The notes under the pieces are model-generated. The model was not told where the DNA came from and did not search any database. It worked only from the letters and a program-made list of their open reading frames with translations. The position numbers and the translations under genes are program-made. Shown here in pieces: positions 45,464 to 55,883 of a stretch of 56,238 nucleotides of DNA. Each line of letters starts with the position of its first letter. The stretch's first letter is position 1. The DNA is from Candidatus Aminicenantes bacterium (lineage in GTDB: Bacteria; Acidobacteriota; Aminicenantia; Aminicenantales; Aminicenantaceae): assembly GCA_030669305.1 (NCBI GenBank), contig DAOVDU010000003.1, positions 1 to 56,238 of the forward strand. Reading direction: 5' to 3'.

Positions 45464-46842
45464 CCTCTCCTCCCTTTGAGGCGGCCTCGGCGCATGAATC
45501 CATCATAATGACGCATAACAAGCTGTGCCTCGATCTGTTGCAGAGTATCCATAGCCACTCCGACCACGATAAGAATAGAGGTTCCTCCAAAATAAAAATC
45601 AACATTCAATCCCTGAGTAAACCATCTGGGTAAATTCTGATCTAAGAAGCTTCCGATAAAAGGCAGGGTAGCTACACGAAATCCTCTTGTGAGAAAATCT
45701 GGTAAAATAGCAACTGCAGCCAAATAGATGGCCCCTATTAACGTGAGCCGTGAAAGGACACTATCTATAAAATCAGAAGTGTTTTTTCCCGGCCTTATTC
45801 CAGGAATAAAGCCTCCGTATTTTCTTAAGTTGTCTGCAACATCGGTTGGATTGAAAATAATAGAAACATAAAAATATGTGAAAAAGATAATAGCTCCAAT
45901 ATAAAACAAGCTATAGAGAGGCATACCTGGTATGAATTGTTGGGCGATATTCTGAATAAAAGGGACTTTGATCATTTGAGCAATAGTGGAAGGAATGGTA
46001 ATGACAGAAGCGGCGAAAATTATGGGGATAACTCCTCCTGTATTAACTCTCAAAGGAAGATGTGTACTCTGGCCACCATAAATCTTCCTTCCTACTACTC
46101 TTTTGGCATAAGATACAGGGATTCGCCTCTGCCCTCTCTCAACAAAAACTATTATAGCAATGACCAAAAGCATCAAGACTACAAGAAAAATTAATCTCAG
46201 CGGATCCATATCTCCTGTTCTCAACCCTTCCACAACGCTTTGGACTCCCCTGGGAAAATTGACTACAATGCCTGCAAAGATGATAAGAGAGATGCCGTTG
46301 CCGATCCCGCGTTCGGATATCTGCTCACCCAGCCACATGATGAAAACGGTTCCTGTAGTCAGCGTTAAGACTGTCATGAACTTAAATCCCCAACCAGGGT
46401 TTGGAACAATGGCTAATCCGCCAGGGCTCTTTAGACCTTCCAATAACATGCTTATCCCAAATGACTGGATTATACATATAAAAAGGGTCCCATATCGAGT
46501 ATACTGAGTGATTTTTTTTCTGCCAAGCTCTCCCTCTTTTGATAATTTCTCCAGGTAAGGCCATACAACTTGAAGCAGCTGGAGGATAATAGACGCACTG
46601 ATATAAGGCATAATGCCAAGGGCAAAAATTGTCATTCGGGACATATTTTGTCCTGTGAAAAGATCCATCATGCCAAAAATCGTTCCCTTCTGCATTTCCC
46701 AGAACTCGGCCAGCGCTGAGCCACTTATTCCAGGATTTGGAATTTGGGCGCCGATACGATAGACAGCTAAAATAAACAGAGTAAAGATCACCCTTTTTCT
46801 AAGGTCAGGTATGCTAAAAATGTTTCTTATACTAGCAAGCAT
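45460..46842 (-). CDS. secY: Preprotein translocase SecY
   Basis: ALGIMPYISASII, GIGNGISLIIF, GVIPIIFA, GFIPGIRPG, FGGTSILIVVGV. Confidence 0.98.
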   Translation of the reverse strand: MLASIRNIFSIPDLRKRVIFTLFILAVYRIGAQIPNPGISGSALAEFWEMQKGTIFGMMDLFTGQNMSRMTIFALGIMPYISASIILQLLQVVWPYLEKLSKEGELGRKKITQYTRYGTLFICIIQSFGISMLLEGLKSPGGLAIVPNPGWGFKFMTVLTLTTGTVFIMWLGEQISERGIGNGISLIIFAGIVVNFPRGVQSVVEGLRTGDMDPLRLIFLVVLMLLVIAIIVFVERGQRRIPVSYAKRVVGRKIYGGQSTHLPLRVNTGGVIPIIFAASVITIPSTIAQMIKVPFIQNIAQQFIPGMPLYSLFYIGAIIFFTYFYVSIIFNPTDVADNLRKYGGFIPGIRPGKNTSDFIDSVLSRLTLIGAIYLAAVAILPDFLTRGFRVATLPFIGSFLDQNLPRWFTQGLNVDFYFGGTSILIVVGVAMDTLQQIEAQLVMRHYDGFMRRGRLKGRRG

Positions 46843-47288
46843 TATTTACTTCCAATAAGAATTGCTTTCCCACCCGCAGCCTCAATCTTCTTTTGTGCGG
46901 ATCGAGAAAATTTATGTGCATATATTGTTTTTGAGGAAGAAATGTCTCCTCTCCCTAAAACTTTAACAGCTTCAGATTCTTTCTTTATAATCCGGGCCTT
47001 GACTAAATCTTTTAGCTCGATTTTATTCTTGCTGATTTTCTCCAAGCGATAAAGATTCACTTCACTATACTCTTTTCTAAAAATATTGGTGAAGCCTCTT
47101 TTAGGAAGCCGGCGACTAAGGGGCATTTGACCACCTTCAAATCCTCTCTTGCGAGAATATCCAGATATGGATTTTTGGCCCTTTGTACCGCGGCCAGCAG
47201 TCTTTCCACGTCCAGAACCAGGTCCTCGTCCAACCCTTCTTCTCTTTTTTCTGGAATTTTTTGCAGGATGAAGATTGCTCAGATTCAT
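46842..47288 (-). CDS. rplO: 50S ribosomal protein L15
   Basis: RVGRGPGSG.GKTAGRG.KGQ, FEGGQMPL.RRLPKRGF. Confidence 0.98.
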   Translation of the reverse strand: MNLSNLHPAKNSRKKRRRVGRGPGSGRGKTAGRGTKGQKSISGYSRKRGFEGGQMPLSRRLPKRGFTNIFRKEYSEVNLYRLEKISKNKIELKDLVKARIIKKESEAVKVLGRGDISSSKTIYAHKFSRSAQKKIEAAGGKAILIGSK

Positions 47289-47554
47289 TTTTTTCCCAAC
47301 TCCTCCACTTTCACCAAATGATTTATTTTCTTGATCATACCCATAATTTCAGGACAATCTTTGCGTATCACTTCCGAACTAATCTTTCTCAATCCTAATC
47401 CTCTTACTACTTCTCTCTGTTCTCTGGGTCGGCCGATGAGGCTTCGCACCAATTTTATTTTTAATTGTTTTTCAGAGGAATCAGCTTTTTCTTCTTGCAC
47501 TTTCATTCTTATACCTTTTTTAGTTTTCTTTGGCTTGGTTTCCTTCACTGCCAT
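47285..47554 (-). CDS. rpmD: 50S ribosomal protein L30 with N-terminal extension (start uncertain)
   Basis: LKIKLVRSLIG...LGLRKI...GMIKKINHLVKVE; position between rpsE and rplO. Confidence 0.93.
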   Translation of the reverse strand: MAVKETKPKKTKKGIRMKVQEEKADSSEKQLKIKLVRSLIGRPREQREVVRGLGLRKISSEVIRKDCPEIMGMIKKINHLVKVEELGKK

Positions 47555-48051
47555 ATAGTTTCCTCTGGCTTACCCCTATTTTTTGAAACTAACTCAGCAT
47601 TTTTTAGTTTTCTTAAGCCATTCATAGTAGCATTTGCCACACTTATAGGATTATTGCTTCTAAGAGATTTGGTCAAAACATCTTTTATTCCAGCCAACTC
47701 CATGATTATTCTGACAGCACCTCCCGCAATAACACCTGTCCCTTTTGAAGCAGGTCGTAGAACCACAGCGCCTCCACAATGTTCTCCTTTAATAAAATGA
47801 GGGATTGTCGTCTTCATTATGGGCACTTTAAACAAATCTTTCTTTGCGGCCTGCACTGCCTTGGCAATTGCCATAGGAACCTCTCGCGCTTTTCCCTTTC
47901 CTATCCCGACTAAGCCATTTTCATTCCCAACTGCCACTAACGCTGTAAAACTTAGATTCTTACCTCCCTTGACAACTTTAGTCACCCTCCGGATAGAAAT
48001 CACCTGATCTTTTAACTCGACTTCCTGTTCTTCGACTTTTTCTTCAGGCAC
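47545..48051 (-). CDS. rpsE: 30S ribosomal protein S5
   Basis: RRVTKVVKGG, GKAREVP.AI.KA, PAS.GTGVIAGG. Confidence 0.98.
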   Translation of the reverse strand: MPEEKVEEQEVELKDQVISIRRVTKVVKGGKNLSFTALVAVGNENGLVGIGKGKAREVPMAIAKAVQAAKKDLFKVPIMKTTIPHFIKGEHCGGAVVLRPASKGTGVIAGGAVRIIMELAGIKDVLTKSLRSNNPISVANATMNGLRKLKNAELVSKNRGKPEETIWQ

Positions 48052-48085
48052 TCTATTTCCTCCTCACCAAATCCTTTCATTTGGA

Positions 48086-48460
48086 CTAAAAAATGAGTCC
48101 TCCTTTTCTCATGGCTTCAGCAAGAGCTTTGATGCGGCCGTGATAGGGATAAATCCCTCTATCAAAAACCACTTTGTCAATTTTCCTTTGTTTCAGTCTT
48201 TTAGTCAACATCTCACCAAGAATTTTAGAGGCTTCTATGTTTTTCTTTTTTTTGTTTTTTGTTTTAAACTCTTTCTCTAAAGTAGAGGCTGACACCAAAA
48301 TAGTTCCATTATCATCGTCAATAGCCTGAGAATAGATATATCGATTGCTTTTGAAGACGTAAACTCTGGGCCTTTCAAGGCTTCCTTTTATCTTCTTTCG
48401 AACTCTCTTTCTTATTCGCCCTTTAGCTTTTTTCTTCATAAACACTTTATCTTTATACAT
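48086..48460 (-). CDS. rplR: 50S ribosomal protein L18
   Basis: RPRV.V..SN.YIY.Q, VVFDRG.Y.YHGR..ALA...R.GGL.F. Confidence 0.97.
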   Translation of the reverse strand: MYKDKVFMKKKAKGRIRKRVRKKIKGSLERPRVYVFKSNRYIYSQAIDDDNGTILVSASTLEKEFKTKNKKKKNIEASKILGEMLTKRLKQRKIDKVVFDRGIYPYHGRIKALAEAMRKGGLIF

Positions 48461-49019
48461 CGCTAACCCCTGCTCTACGTTCTTTCTTAATCAAACGCTC
48501 ACCCACGTAGCGAATCCCTTTCAATTTGTAGGGATCGGGCTTGCGAAAACTGCGTATTCTGTAAGCTTCTTGACCTACTCGCTGCTTATCTATTCCTTCA
48601 ATTCTTATAAGGGTTGGCTTTTCCAGAACGATTTGGATATCTTTTGGTATCTTATAGATAACCGGTTTTGAGTAGCCCAGAATTAGTTCCATTCTATCTT
48701 TATCGAGTTTAGCCCGATATCCCACACCTACTATTTCCAGTTGCCTGGAAAAGCCAGAAGAAACACCTACGGCAGCATTAAAGGCTAGAGATCGGCTCAA
48801 ACCATGAAAAGACCGCTGTTCTCCAGTATCATTCTTTCTTGTCAAGATAAGTTGATTGTCTTGGATTTCTGCCTTTATGCTAGCAAACAGAGGCGAAGAG
48901 AGTTTCCCTTTTGGGCCTTCAAATTCAATTTTATCAGATAAAATATTGACCTTTACTCCCTCTGGTATTGCAATAGGTTGCTTTCCTACTCTCGACACTT
49001 TTCTATTCCCCTCTTTCAA
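48453..49019 (-). CDS. rplF: 50S ribosomal protein L6
   Basis: SRVGKQPI, GPKG.L, GVGYRA, PDPYK.KGIRY. Confidence 0.97.
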   Translation of the reverse strand: MKEGNRKVSRVGKQPIAIPEGVKVNILSDKIEFEGPKGKLSSPLFASIKAEIQDNQLILTRKNDTGEQRSFHGLSRSLAFNAAVGVSSGFSRQLEIVGVGYRAKLDKDRMELILGYSKPVIYKIPKDIQIVLEKPTLIRIEGIDKQRVGQEAYRIRSFRKPDPYKLKGIRYVGERLIKKERRAGVSDV

Positions 49020-49022
49020 GAA

Positions 49023-49421
49023 CTACCATATATAACATATAACCTCTCCCCCTACCCCTAACTCTTTGCATCTTTTCCCAGTGGCAATTTCTTTCGATGT
49101 AGATACGATCACAATACCCAGTCCATCAAGAACCTTAGGGATGGAATCTTTCTTGCAGTAAATGCGGCACCCTGGCTTACTCACTTTTCGGAGTCCAGAA
49201 ATAATGCTTTTATTATCTTCAGTGTATTTGAGTGTAATAATCAAAATCCCTTGTTTATTATCATCGATAACTTTAAAATTTTTGATATATCCTTCATCTT
49301 TCAAAATCTTGGCGATTTCGACCTTTACACGGGAAGATGGAATGTTCACCTCTCTCTTCTTAACCAGAGCAGCATTTCTCATCCTTGTTAACATATCAGC
49401 AATAGGATCTGTCAAACTCAT
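49023..49421 (-). CDS. rpsH: 30S ribosomal protein S8
   Basis: DPIADMLTR.RNA, VSKPG.R.Y, GLGI.IVSTS, GGEV. Confidence 0.98.
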   Translation of the reverse strand: MSLTDPIADMLTRMRNAALVKKREVNIPSSRVKVEIAKILKDEGYIKNFKVIDDNKQGILIITLKYTEDNKSIISGLRKVSKPGCRIYCKKDSIPKVLDGLGIVIVSTSKEIATGKRCKELGVGGEVICYIW

Positions 49422-49442
49422 GATTTTATCCTCTTTTCTATT

Positions 49443-49628
49443 TTACCACGAAGCCTTAATAATCCCAGGAATCTCTCCTCTCAAGGCAAGTTCACGGAAG
49501 CATAAACGGCACATATCGAACTTTCGATAATAGCCCTTAGAACGCCCGCATATCCGACAGCGGGACTTCCTTCTTGTCGTGTATTTAGGCTCTTTCAGAT
49601 ATTTTGCCACACATGATTTTCTTGCCAT
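49443..49628 (-). CDS. rpsN: 30S ribosomal protein S14 (type Z, zinc-binding)
   Basis: RCRICGR...[17 protein letters not shown]. Confidence 0.98.
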   Translation of the reverse strand: MARKSCVAKYLKEPKYTTRRKSRCRICGRSKGYYRKFDMCRLCFRELALRGEIPGIIKASW

Positions 49629-49639
49629 TCTTTCTTTCC

Positions 49640-50185
49640 TTATAAATCTTCACTAAAAGGCATCCCTAATTTCTTCAACAAGGCATAAGCTTCTTCATCT
49701 TTCTTAGCAGAAGTGATTATCGTGATATTCAAGCCTCGCAGCCTTTCTACTTTTGTATAGTCAATCTCTGGGAAAACCAGCTGTTCTTTCATACCCAGAG
49801 TATAATTTCCTCTTCCATCAAAGGATCGAGAAGACACTCCTCTGAAATCTCTCACACGAGGAAGAACAATATTGACCAGGCGGTCAAAAAACTCGTACAT
49901 CCTTTTCCCGCGCAAGGTTACATAACAAGCTATGGCCTGTCCCTTACGAAGTTTAAAAGACGAAATAGATTTTTTTGCCCTCCCAACAGCAGGCCATTGA
50001 CCTGAAATAAGACTCAATTCTTTTTTTGCCGTGTCTAACAATTTAATATTCTGGATAGCATCCCCTACGCCTACGTTTATAACGACTTTCTCGAGCCTGG
50101 GAACAGCCATCTTATTTTTTATTGCGAGATCCTTTTGTAGTTCGCTAACAATCTTTTTTTTACATTTTTCTAAAAGCCGGCTCAT
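49640..50185 (-). CDS. rplE: 50S ribosomal protein L5
   Basis: [39 protein letters not shown]. Confidence 0.98.
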   Translation of the reverse strand: MSRLLEKCKKKIVSELQKDLAIKNKMAVPRLEKVVINVGVGDAIQNIKLLDTAKKELSLISGQWPAVGRAKKSISSFKLRKGQAIACYVTLRGKRMYEFFDRLVNIVLPRVRDFRGVSSRSFDGRGNYTLGMKEQLVFPEIDYTKVERLRGLNITIITSAKKDEEAYALLKKLGMPFSEDL

Positions 50186-50201
50186 TCCTCGTTCCTCTTT
50201 T

Positions 50202-50531
50202 TTACTTTTCTAAGGCTCCTTCACACTTATTGCAAACTCTGATTTTGCTTCCGTCCTCTAACTTCTTTATCTTTACTCTAACTCCCTGACCACATTCTGA
50301 ACAATACAGCTTCAAATTGGAAATATGGATAGGAGCTTCCTTCTCCATAACTCCTCCCTGAATGTTCTTGCTCTGGTCACGGCGAATAAATTCCTTGATA
50401 AAATTGGCCTTTTCAACAATAGCTCTTCTTTTTTCAGGAAAAACTTTTAAAATCTTCCCTGTTTTTCCTTTATCTTTCCCGTTTATAACAACGACAACGT
50501 CATCTTTCTTTAATATTATCTTATTCATCAT
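50202..50531 (-). CDS. rplX: 50S ribosomal protein L24
   Basis: [25 protein letters not shown]. Confidence 0.97.
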   Translation of the reverse strand: MMNKIILKKDDVVVVINGKDKGKTGKILKVFPEKRRAIVEKANFIKEFIRRDQSKNIQGGVMEKEAPIHISNLKLYCSECGQGVRVKIKKLEDGSKIRVCNKCEGALEK

Positions 50532-50896
50532 AAAACCTCCGGAGCGAGAGAAACGATCTTCATAAATTTTCTCTCTCGCAATTCTCTTCCAACAGGGCCA
50601 AAAACTCGAGTCCCTATCGGTTCACCCTGGCGGTCAATGATGACAGCAGCATTATCATCGAAACGGATGTATGAACCATCCTTGCGTCTAATTTCCTTTT
50701 TTGTTCGCACAATAACAGCTCGAATAACCTTTCCTTTTGGAATTTTACTCTCGGGCTCCGCCTCTTTAACTGATGCTGAAATAAGATCTCCTATCGTAGC
50801 TGTTTTTCCCGTTCTTCCCCCTAGAGGAGTAATGCATAGAATCCTTCTGGCTCCGGAATTATCTGCAACTTTAAGCATAGTCTCTGTCTGTATCAT
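50528..50896 (-). CDS. rplN: 50S ribosomal protein L14
   Basis: [39 protein letters not shown]. Confidence 0.98.
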   Translation of the reverse strand: MIQTETMLKVADNSGARRILCITPLGGRTGKTATIGDLISASVKEAEPESKIPKGKVIRAVIVRTKKEIRRKDGSYIRFDDNAAVIIDRQGEPIGTRVFGPVGRELRERKFMKIVSLAPEVL

Positions 50897-51189
50897 TATT
50901 TTGTATCCTCATTTTCTTCTTCTCTCTCGCTGGAGGAAAGCTCAACAATTTCCTGAATCCGCCATCTCTTTCTTCTGCTCAAGGGTCTTGTTTCAACAAT
51001 TTTGACCACATCTCCAATCTTACATTTTTCATACTCGTCATGCGCAAGGAACTTTTTCCTTCGCTTAACAATCTTTTTATAAAAAGAATGCTTGACTCGT
51101 CGTTCACTGAGAACAGTAACTGTCTTTTCCATGTTATTCCCGATAACCACACCGATTTTAGTTTTTTTCCGCCCTTGACTCTTATTCAT
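50896..51189 (-). CDS. rpsQ: 30S ribosomal protein S17
   Basis: MEKTV.V, AHDE, GD.V.I.ETRPLS..KRW. Confidence 0.97.
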   Translation of the reverse strand: MNKSQGRKKTKIGVVIGNNMEKTVTVLSERRVKHSFYKKIVKRRKKFLAHDEYEKCKIGDVVKIVETRPLSRRKRWRIQEIVELSSSEREEENEDTK

Positions 51190-51192
51190 TCT

Positions 51193-51390
51193 TTATTCCA
51201 TCCCTTGACTCTTTTCTCTGAGTACTGTTTTTATTCTTGCAATATCTAACTTAATATTCTTCAGTTTCATCGTGTTTTCTAGTTGACCCAATGCATGCTG
51301 AAACTTTAACTTAAAAAGCTGGTCTTTCAATTCTGCTTCTTTACTTTTCAACTCCTCCTCGGAGAGCTCTAGCATCTCTCTAGTCTTCAT
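51193..51390 (-). CDS. rpmC: 50S ribosomal protein L29
   Basis: LF.LKFQ...GQLEN......K.DIARIKT. Confidence 0.96.
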   Translation of the reverse strand: MKTREMLELSEEELKSKEAELKDQLFKLKFQHALGQLENTMKLKNIKLDIARIKTVLREKSQGME

Positions 51391-51394
51391 TTCT

Positions 51395-51814
51395 TTACCT
51401 GCTTTCCCTTGAAATAAACCTAGTTTTTATTGGAAGCTTATGGGAAGCCAATCTCATGGCCTCCTTGGCCACGGTCTCAAGTACACCCTCTAATTCATAT
51501 ATTATTTTCCCAGGCTTAACCACATCCACCCAGAATTCAGGATCTCCTTTGCCTTTTCCCATCCGGACTTCTGTAGGCTTCTTTGTAACGGGCTTCCAGG
51601 GAAAAACTCTAACCCAAAGTTTGCCTTTTCTTTTGGCATGTCGGCTTATTGTGATTCGGCCAGCCTCAATCTGCCGCGCTGTGAGCCAGCAGGGTTCTAA
51701 AGCTTGTAGACCATACTCTCCAAAGGACAAGTCTGATCCTCGATAGGCTTTCCCTTTCATTCTTCCTCTATGGTGTTTACGATGCTTGACTTTTTTTGGC
51801 ATAAGCACTGTCAA
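51395..51814 (-). CDS. rplP: 50S ribosomal protein L16
   Basis: [31 protein letters not shown]. Confidence 0.98.
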   Translation of the reverse strand: MTVLMPKKVKHRKHHRGRMKGKAYRGSDLSFGEYGLQALEPCWLTARQIEAGRITISRHAKRKGKLWVRVFPWKPVTKKPTEVRMGKGKGDPEFWVDVVKPGKIIYELEGVLETVAKEAMRLASHKLPIKTRFISRESR

Positions 51815-52479
51815 ATCTCCTCAACTTCTCCAGTCTGGGATGTCATTTTTGACTTCTCAACATCCATTCTATAAATCCATACTTTTATCCCTATCTGTCC
51901 ATATGTAGTGAAAGCCTCAGTAAAGCCGTAGTCAATATCTGCCCTTAGAGTCTGAAGCGGCAACTGGCCTTTTAAATACCATTCTGACCGGGCTATCTCC
52001 ACTCCTCCTAATCTGCCGGAACACATCACCTTTATCCCCTTTGCTCCCATTTTCAAAGCCATATCCACAGCTCTCCTCATGGCTCTCCGATAAGCGATAC
52101 GTTTCTCAAGCTGGATAGCAACTCCTTCTGCTACCAACAACGCATCAACTTCAGGTTTATCTACTTCTCTGATATCAATGTAAACTTCTTTCTGAGCAAT
52201 TTCTTGAAGATAACCTTTTAGACTCTCAATCTCTTTTCCTCCACGCCCTATGACAATGCCAGGACGAGCAGTGTGCACAATAACTCTGATTTTAGGGCCT
52301 ACACGCTCAACAGCCACCTCAGAAATTCCCGCATGAAAATATCTCTCCTTAATAATTTTTTTCATCTTTAGATCTTCATGAATCAGGCGTTTGTACTCAG
52401 CTCCTTTAGAAAACCATCTAGAACTCCACTGTTTGTTAAACCCCAATCTAAATCCGTGTGGATGTGTTTTCTGGCCCAC
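51811..52479 (-). CDS. rpsC: 30S ribosomal protein S3
   Basis: [45 protein letters not shown]. Confidence 0.98.
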   Translation of the reverse strand: MGQKTHPHGFRLGFNKQWSSRWFSKGAEYKRLIHEDLKMKKIIKERYFHAGISEVAVERVGPKIRVIVHTARPGIVIGRGGKEIESLKGYLQEIAQKEVYIDIREVDKPEVDALLVAEGVAIQLEKRIAYRRAMRRAVDMALKMGAKGIKVMCSGRLGGVEIARSEWYLKGQLPLQTLRADIDYGFTEAFTTYGQIGIKVWIYRMDVEKSKMTSQTGEVEEI

Positions 52480-52482
52480 TTT

Positions 52483-52845
52483 TTATCTCCCTTTCTTTTC
52501 TTCTAAATGAATATAGACATGACTTGTCCTTTTGAGGATACGGGATGCCCTTCCCATAGGAGCAGCTCTGAATCTCTTCCATTGAGGACCTTGGTTGATA
52601 AAGATTCTTGATATGAACAAATTATCCACGTCGATGTTGGGAACCTTCTGTTGAGCATTGGCAATCGCAGAACGAAGCACTTTTTCAATAATGGAGCTTG
52701 CTTTCTTTTTCTTGGAAAAATGGAGGATGGTCAGAGCCTCTCCCACATATCTATCACTGATTAAATCGGCAACCAAGCGACCCTTTTGAGGCGAAATTCT
52801 CATGTACTTTGCCACTGCTCGATAAACAATATTTTGTTCTTCCAT
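52483..52845 (-). CDS. rplV: 50S ribosomal protein L22
   Basis: RISPQK.RLVADLI, SAIANA, GP..KR......GRA..I.KRTSH. Confidence 0.97.
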   Translation of the reverse strand: MEEQNIVYRAVAKYMRISPQKGRLVADLISDRYVGEALTILHFSKKKKASSIIEKVLRSAIANAQQKVPNIDVDNLFISRIFINQGPQWKRFRAAPMGRASRILKRTSHVYIHLEEKKGR

Positions 52846-52846
52846 A

Positions 52847-53137
52847 TTACTTTTTCATCCTGATTGTGCGCGCTGTTTTTGATGTATGCCCCTTGAAGGT
52901 TCTGGTTGGGGAAAACTCCCCTAATTTATGACCAACCATATTTTCCGTTAAAAACACTGGAATGAATTTTTTTCCGTTATGCACGGCAATGGTAAGTCCG
53001 ACCATCTCTGGAGTGATAGTCGAATGGCGGGCCCAAGTTTTGATAACTTGTCTTTTTCCTCTTTGAGATCCTAAAGCCTCGATTTTTTTCATTAGCTTTT
53101 CATTAATAAAGGGACCTTTCTTTATAGACCTGCCCAT
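52847..53137 (-). CDS. rpsS: 30S ribosomal protein S19
   Basis: [29 protein letters not shown]. Confidence 0.98.
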   Translation of the reverse strand: MGRSIKKGPFINEKLMKKIEALGSQRGKRQVIKTWARHSTITPEMVGLTIAVHNGKKFIPVFLTENMVGHKLGEFSPTRTFKGHTSKTARTIRMKK

Positions 53138-53139
53138 GA

Positions 53140-53967
53140 TTACTTACTCCTTCTCCTTACAATGAACCCTTGGGTTCTTTTATTTCTTCTTGTTTTGTAT
53201 CCTTTTGTAGGCTTTCCCCACGGTGTAACAGGATTTCGACCGCCTTTTGCTTTTCCTTCACCCCCGCCGTGTGGATGGTCAATAGGATTCATAGCTGTTC
53301 CCCTAACATGTGGCTTTTTTCCTTTCCAACGGTTCCTTCCAGCTTTGCCAATAGAGATATTCTGGTAGTTTACATTCCCCACCTGGCCAATTGTAGCCCG
53401 ACAATCTAAATGAATCTTCCTGATTTCAGAAGATGGCAGTCGAACCTGGGCATAATCTCCTTCTTTAGCCAATATTTGAGCACCTGTCCCTGCCGATTTG
53501 GCAATCTGTCCTCCCTTGCTTTTCCTCATTTCGATGTTGTGAATAATTGTACCCAAGGGAATATATCTAAGAGGCATTGCATTTCCAGGGAGAATATCCA
53601 CTTGCTTATTAGAGGAGATGATTGCTTGGCCAACTTCCAAATCTAAAGGAGCCAGTATGTATCGCCTTTCACCATCCTTATACTTTACCAAAGAGATAAA
53701 AGCGGAACGGTTCGGGTCATATTCAACAGTTTCTACTTCGCCAGGAACTTCGATCTTGTCTCTTTTGAAGTCAATAATGCGATACGACCTCTTATGACCG
53801 CCTCCACGATGCCGAATGGAAATCCGCCCACGAGAGTTTCTTCCTCCTGATTTATTTAAAGATTGAAGTAATGGCTTATAAGGATGCCGAATAGTCAACT
53901 CCTCATAAGTTAGCCCAGTCTTCTGGCGTAAACTCGAGGTTGTTGGCCTGTATATTTTTATTCCCAT
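53140..53967 (-). CDS. rplB: 50S ribosomal protein L2
   Basis: [47 protein letters not shown]. Confidence 0.98.
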   Translation of the reverse strand: MGIKIYRPTTSSLRQKTGLTYEELTIRHPYKPLLQSLNKSGGRNSRGRISIRHRGGGHKRSYRIIDFKRDKIEVPGEVETVEYDPNRSAFISLVKYKDGERRYILAPLDLEVGQAIISSNKQVDILPGNAMPLRYIPLGTIIHNIEMRKSKGGQIAKSAGTGAQILAKEGDYAQVRLPSSEIRKIHLDCRATIGQVGNVNYQNISIGKAGRNRWKGKKPHVRGTAMNPIDHPHGGGEGKAKGGRNPVTPWGKPTKGYKTRRNKRTQGFIVRRRSK

Positions 53968-53969
53968 TG

Positions 53970-54266
53970 CTAAACAGCCTCAAAATATTCAATCATTTTT
54001 TCGCCTTCTTTAAGCTTCACATAAGCTTTCTTCCAGTCCTTAGTTTTCCCTTCATTCCGGCCTACCCTTCTCTTTTTTCCTTTTCTCTTCATGACTCGAA
54101 CTCTCTCCACTTTTACTTTAAAGATACGTTCTGTAGCTTCCTTGATTTCAATCTTATTTGCTTTTGGGTTTACTTCAAAGCAAATCTCTCTGTTTTTATC
54201 TTTTAACCATGTACTTTTTTCGGTAATTACAGGTCTTATAATAATTTGATAAGGGTCTTTAATCAC
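53970..54266 (-). CDS. rplW: 50S ribosomal protein L23
   Basis: [27 protein letters not shown]. Confidence 0.97.
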   Translation of the reverse strand: MIKDPYQIIIRPVITEKSTWLKDKNREICFEVNPKANKIEIKEATERIFKVKVERVRVMKRKGKKRRVGRNEGKTKDWKKAYVKLKEGEKMIEYFEAV

Positions 54267-54889
54267 TTCAGCCTCTCTATTAAAGACTCAAAAGCCCTCT
54301 GAGTAAGCACAAGCCATTTGTAATTTAAAACATCATATACATTGACTTGATTATGATCAACAGCTTTTACTTTTGGAATATTTCCTAGAGATAGGAATAG
54401 GTTCTCATTTTCATGATCATCAACAATCAAAGCCGAATCCAAGCTTAACATCTCCAGTAGCTTTGCTCCTTCCTTGGTTTTAGGTTCTTTAAAATTCAGT
54501 TTTTCTAGGACAAGCAGCTGATTCTCCGCAAATTTCATAGACAAGGCAGATTTTAATGCATTCCTTTTAACCTTTTTAGGCAAGCTGTAATAGTAAGTTT
54601 TAGGCTTTGGCCCAAAAACTATCCCACCTTTTCTCCACAGAGGCGACCGATTACTCCCGGCCCTTGCCCTTCCTGTTCCTTTCTGTCTCCAAGGCTTACG
54701 GCCCCCTCCTCTCACTTCACTCCTTGTTTTTGTAGAAGCAGTTCCATGCCTCTGGTTCGTGCGATAATTTATAACAACCTCGTATAACAAGTGCTCTTTT
54801 ACCGGATAGGAAAAAATTTCCTTAGGTGCATTAATTTCCTTTGTTTTTTTCCCGCTCTGGTTTAAAACCTGCACTTTTTGCATTTTCAC
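54263..54889 (-). CDS. rplD: 50S ribosomal protein L4
   Basis: GTASTKTRSEVRGGGRKPWRQKGTGRARAGS.RSP.W..GG..FGPKP. Confidence 0.98.
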   Translation of the reverse strand: MKMQKVQVLNQSGKKTKEINAPKEIFSYPVKEHLLYEVVINYRTNQRHGTASTKTRSEVRGGGRKPWRQKGTGRARAGSNRSPLWRKGGIVFGPKPKTYYYSLPKKVKRNALKSALSMKFAENQLLVLEKLNFKEPKTKEGAKLLEMLSLDSALIVDDHENENLFLSLGNIPKVKAVDHNQVNVYDVLNYKWLVLTQRAFESLIERLK

Positions 54890-55548
54890 TCTTTCTCTGC
54901 ATTTCTTGAAGCTTCAGTCTGAAAATTTGATTTTTTTATCAATAGATAGCTTCCGTTCGCTCCAGGAATAGCTCCTTTGACGACAAGGAGGTTGTTTTCT
55001 TTATCAGATTGAATAACTATCAAGTTCTTGATTGTAATTCTCTCATGCCCCATGTGGCCTGGGAGTTTTTTTCCTTTTACTACACGCGAAGGATAGGCAG
55101 AAGCTCCAGTTGAACCTGGAGACCTATGAAACATAGATCCATGAGTGGCCTTGCCGCCTCGAAAACCCCAGCGTTTAACAACACCGGCAAAGCCTTTTCC
55201 TTTGCTTTTTCCTGCAACATTAACTTTTTCTCCTACCTGGAAAATATCCACAAAAAATTGATCTCCCTCCTTGATCTCACTTTTTTCATCAAAACAAAAT
55301 TCTCGCAGGATTTTTGTCGGAGGAATACCTGCCTTTTTAAACTGTCCGATAAGCGACTTGCTTGTCTTTTTGGCCCCTTTCTCTTCTACCAAGCCTAATT
55401 GGAGAGATGAATAACCATCTTTTTCTCTTGATTTCTTCTGGATAACAGTACACGGCCCTGCCTGAATTACGGTAACAGGGACAACATTTCCCTTATCGTC
55501 GAAACTCTGTGTTATGCCGATCTTCTTCCCGATTAATCCCTCAACCAT
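54886..55548 (-). CDS. rplC: 50S ribosomal protein L3
   Basis: Start MVEGLIGKK after AGGAG; VPVTV, SKGKGFAG..KRW.F, HGS..HR.PGS, GHMG. Confidence 0.98.
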   Translation of the reverse strand: MVEGLIGKKIGITQSFDDKGNVVPVTVIQAGPCTVIQKKSREKDGYSSLQLGLVEEKGAKKTSKSLIGQFKKAGIPPTKILREFCFDEKSEIKEGDQFFVDIFQVGEKVNVAGKSKGKGFAGVVKRWGFRGGKATHGSMFHRSPGSTGASAYPSRVVKGKKLPGHMGHERITIKNLIVIQSDKENNLLVVKGAIPGANGSYLLIKKSNFQTEASRNAEKE

Positions 55549-55549
55549 G

Positions 55550-55870
55550 CTATTCTCCTGCGGCTCCAAAAGCCTGGATTTCTACATCTATCCCTGCTGG
55601 TAAATCCAACTTCTGAAGCTCCTCGATGGTTTCATTGTTGTAATCACTTATGTCGATCAGCCTCTTGTGTATTCTCATTTCAAAGTGCTCTCTAGACCTT
55701 TTATCAACATGAGGAGAACGAAGAACACAAAACCTATGAATACGAGTTGGCAAAGGAATAGGCCCTGATATCTTTGCCCCTGTTCTTTTTGCCTTGACGA
55801 CAATATCTTTCACAGACTGGTCTAATAATCGATGATCAAATGATTGGAGTCTGATTCGTATTCTTTCCAT
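55550..55870 (-). CDS. rpsJ: 30S ribosomal protein S10
   Basis: [38 protein letters not shown]. Confidence 0.98.
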   Translation of the reverse strand: MERIRIRLQSFDHRLLDQSVKDIVVKAKRTGAKISGPIPLPTRIHRFCVLRSPHVDKRSREHFEMRIHKRLIDISDYNNETIEELQKLDLPAGIDVEIQAFGAAGE

Positions 55871-55883
55871 TTACCTATTCCTT

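Noticed and set aside
40940-55398. Numerous plus-strand ORFs within the ribosomal cluster, and other antisense ORFs across the window
   Set aside because: They are shadow ORFs fully overlapping well-supported genes on the opposite strand or frame.
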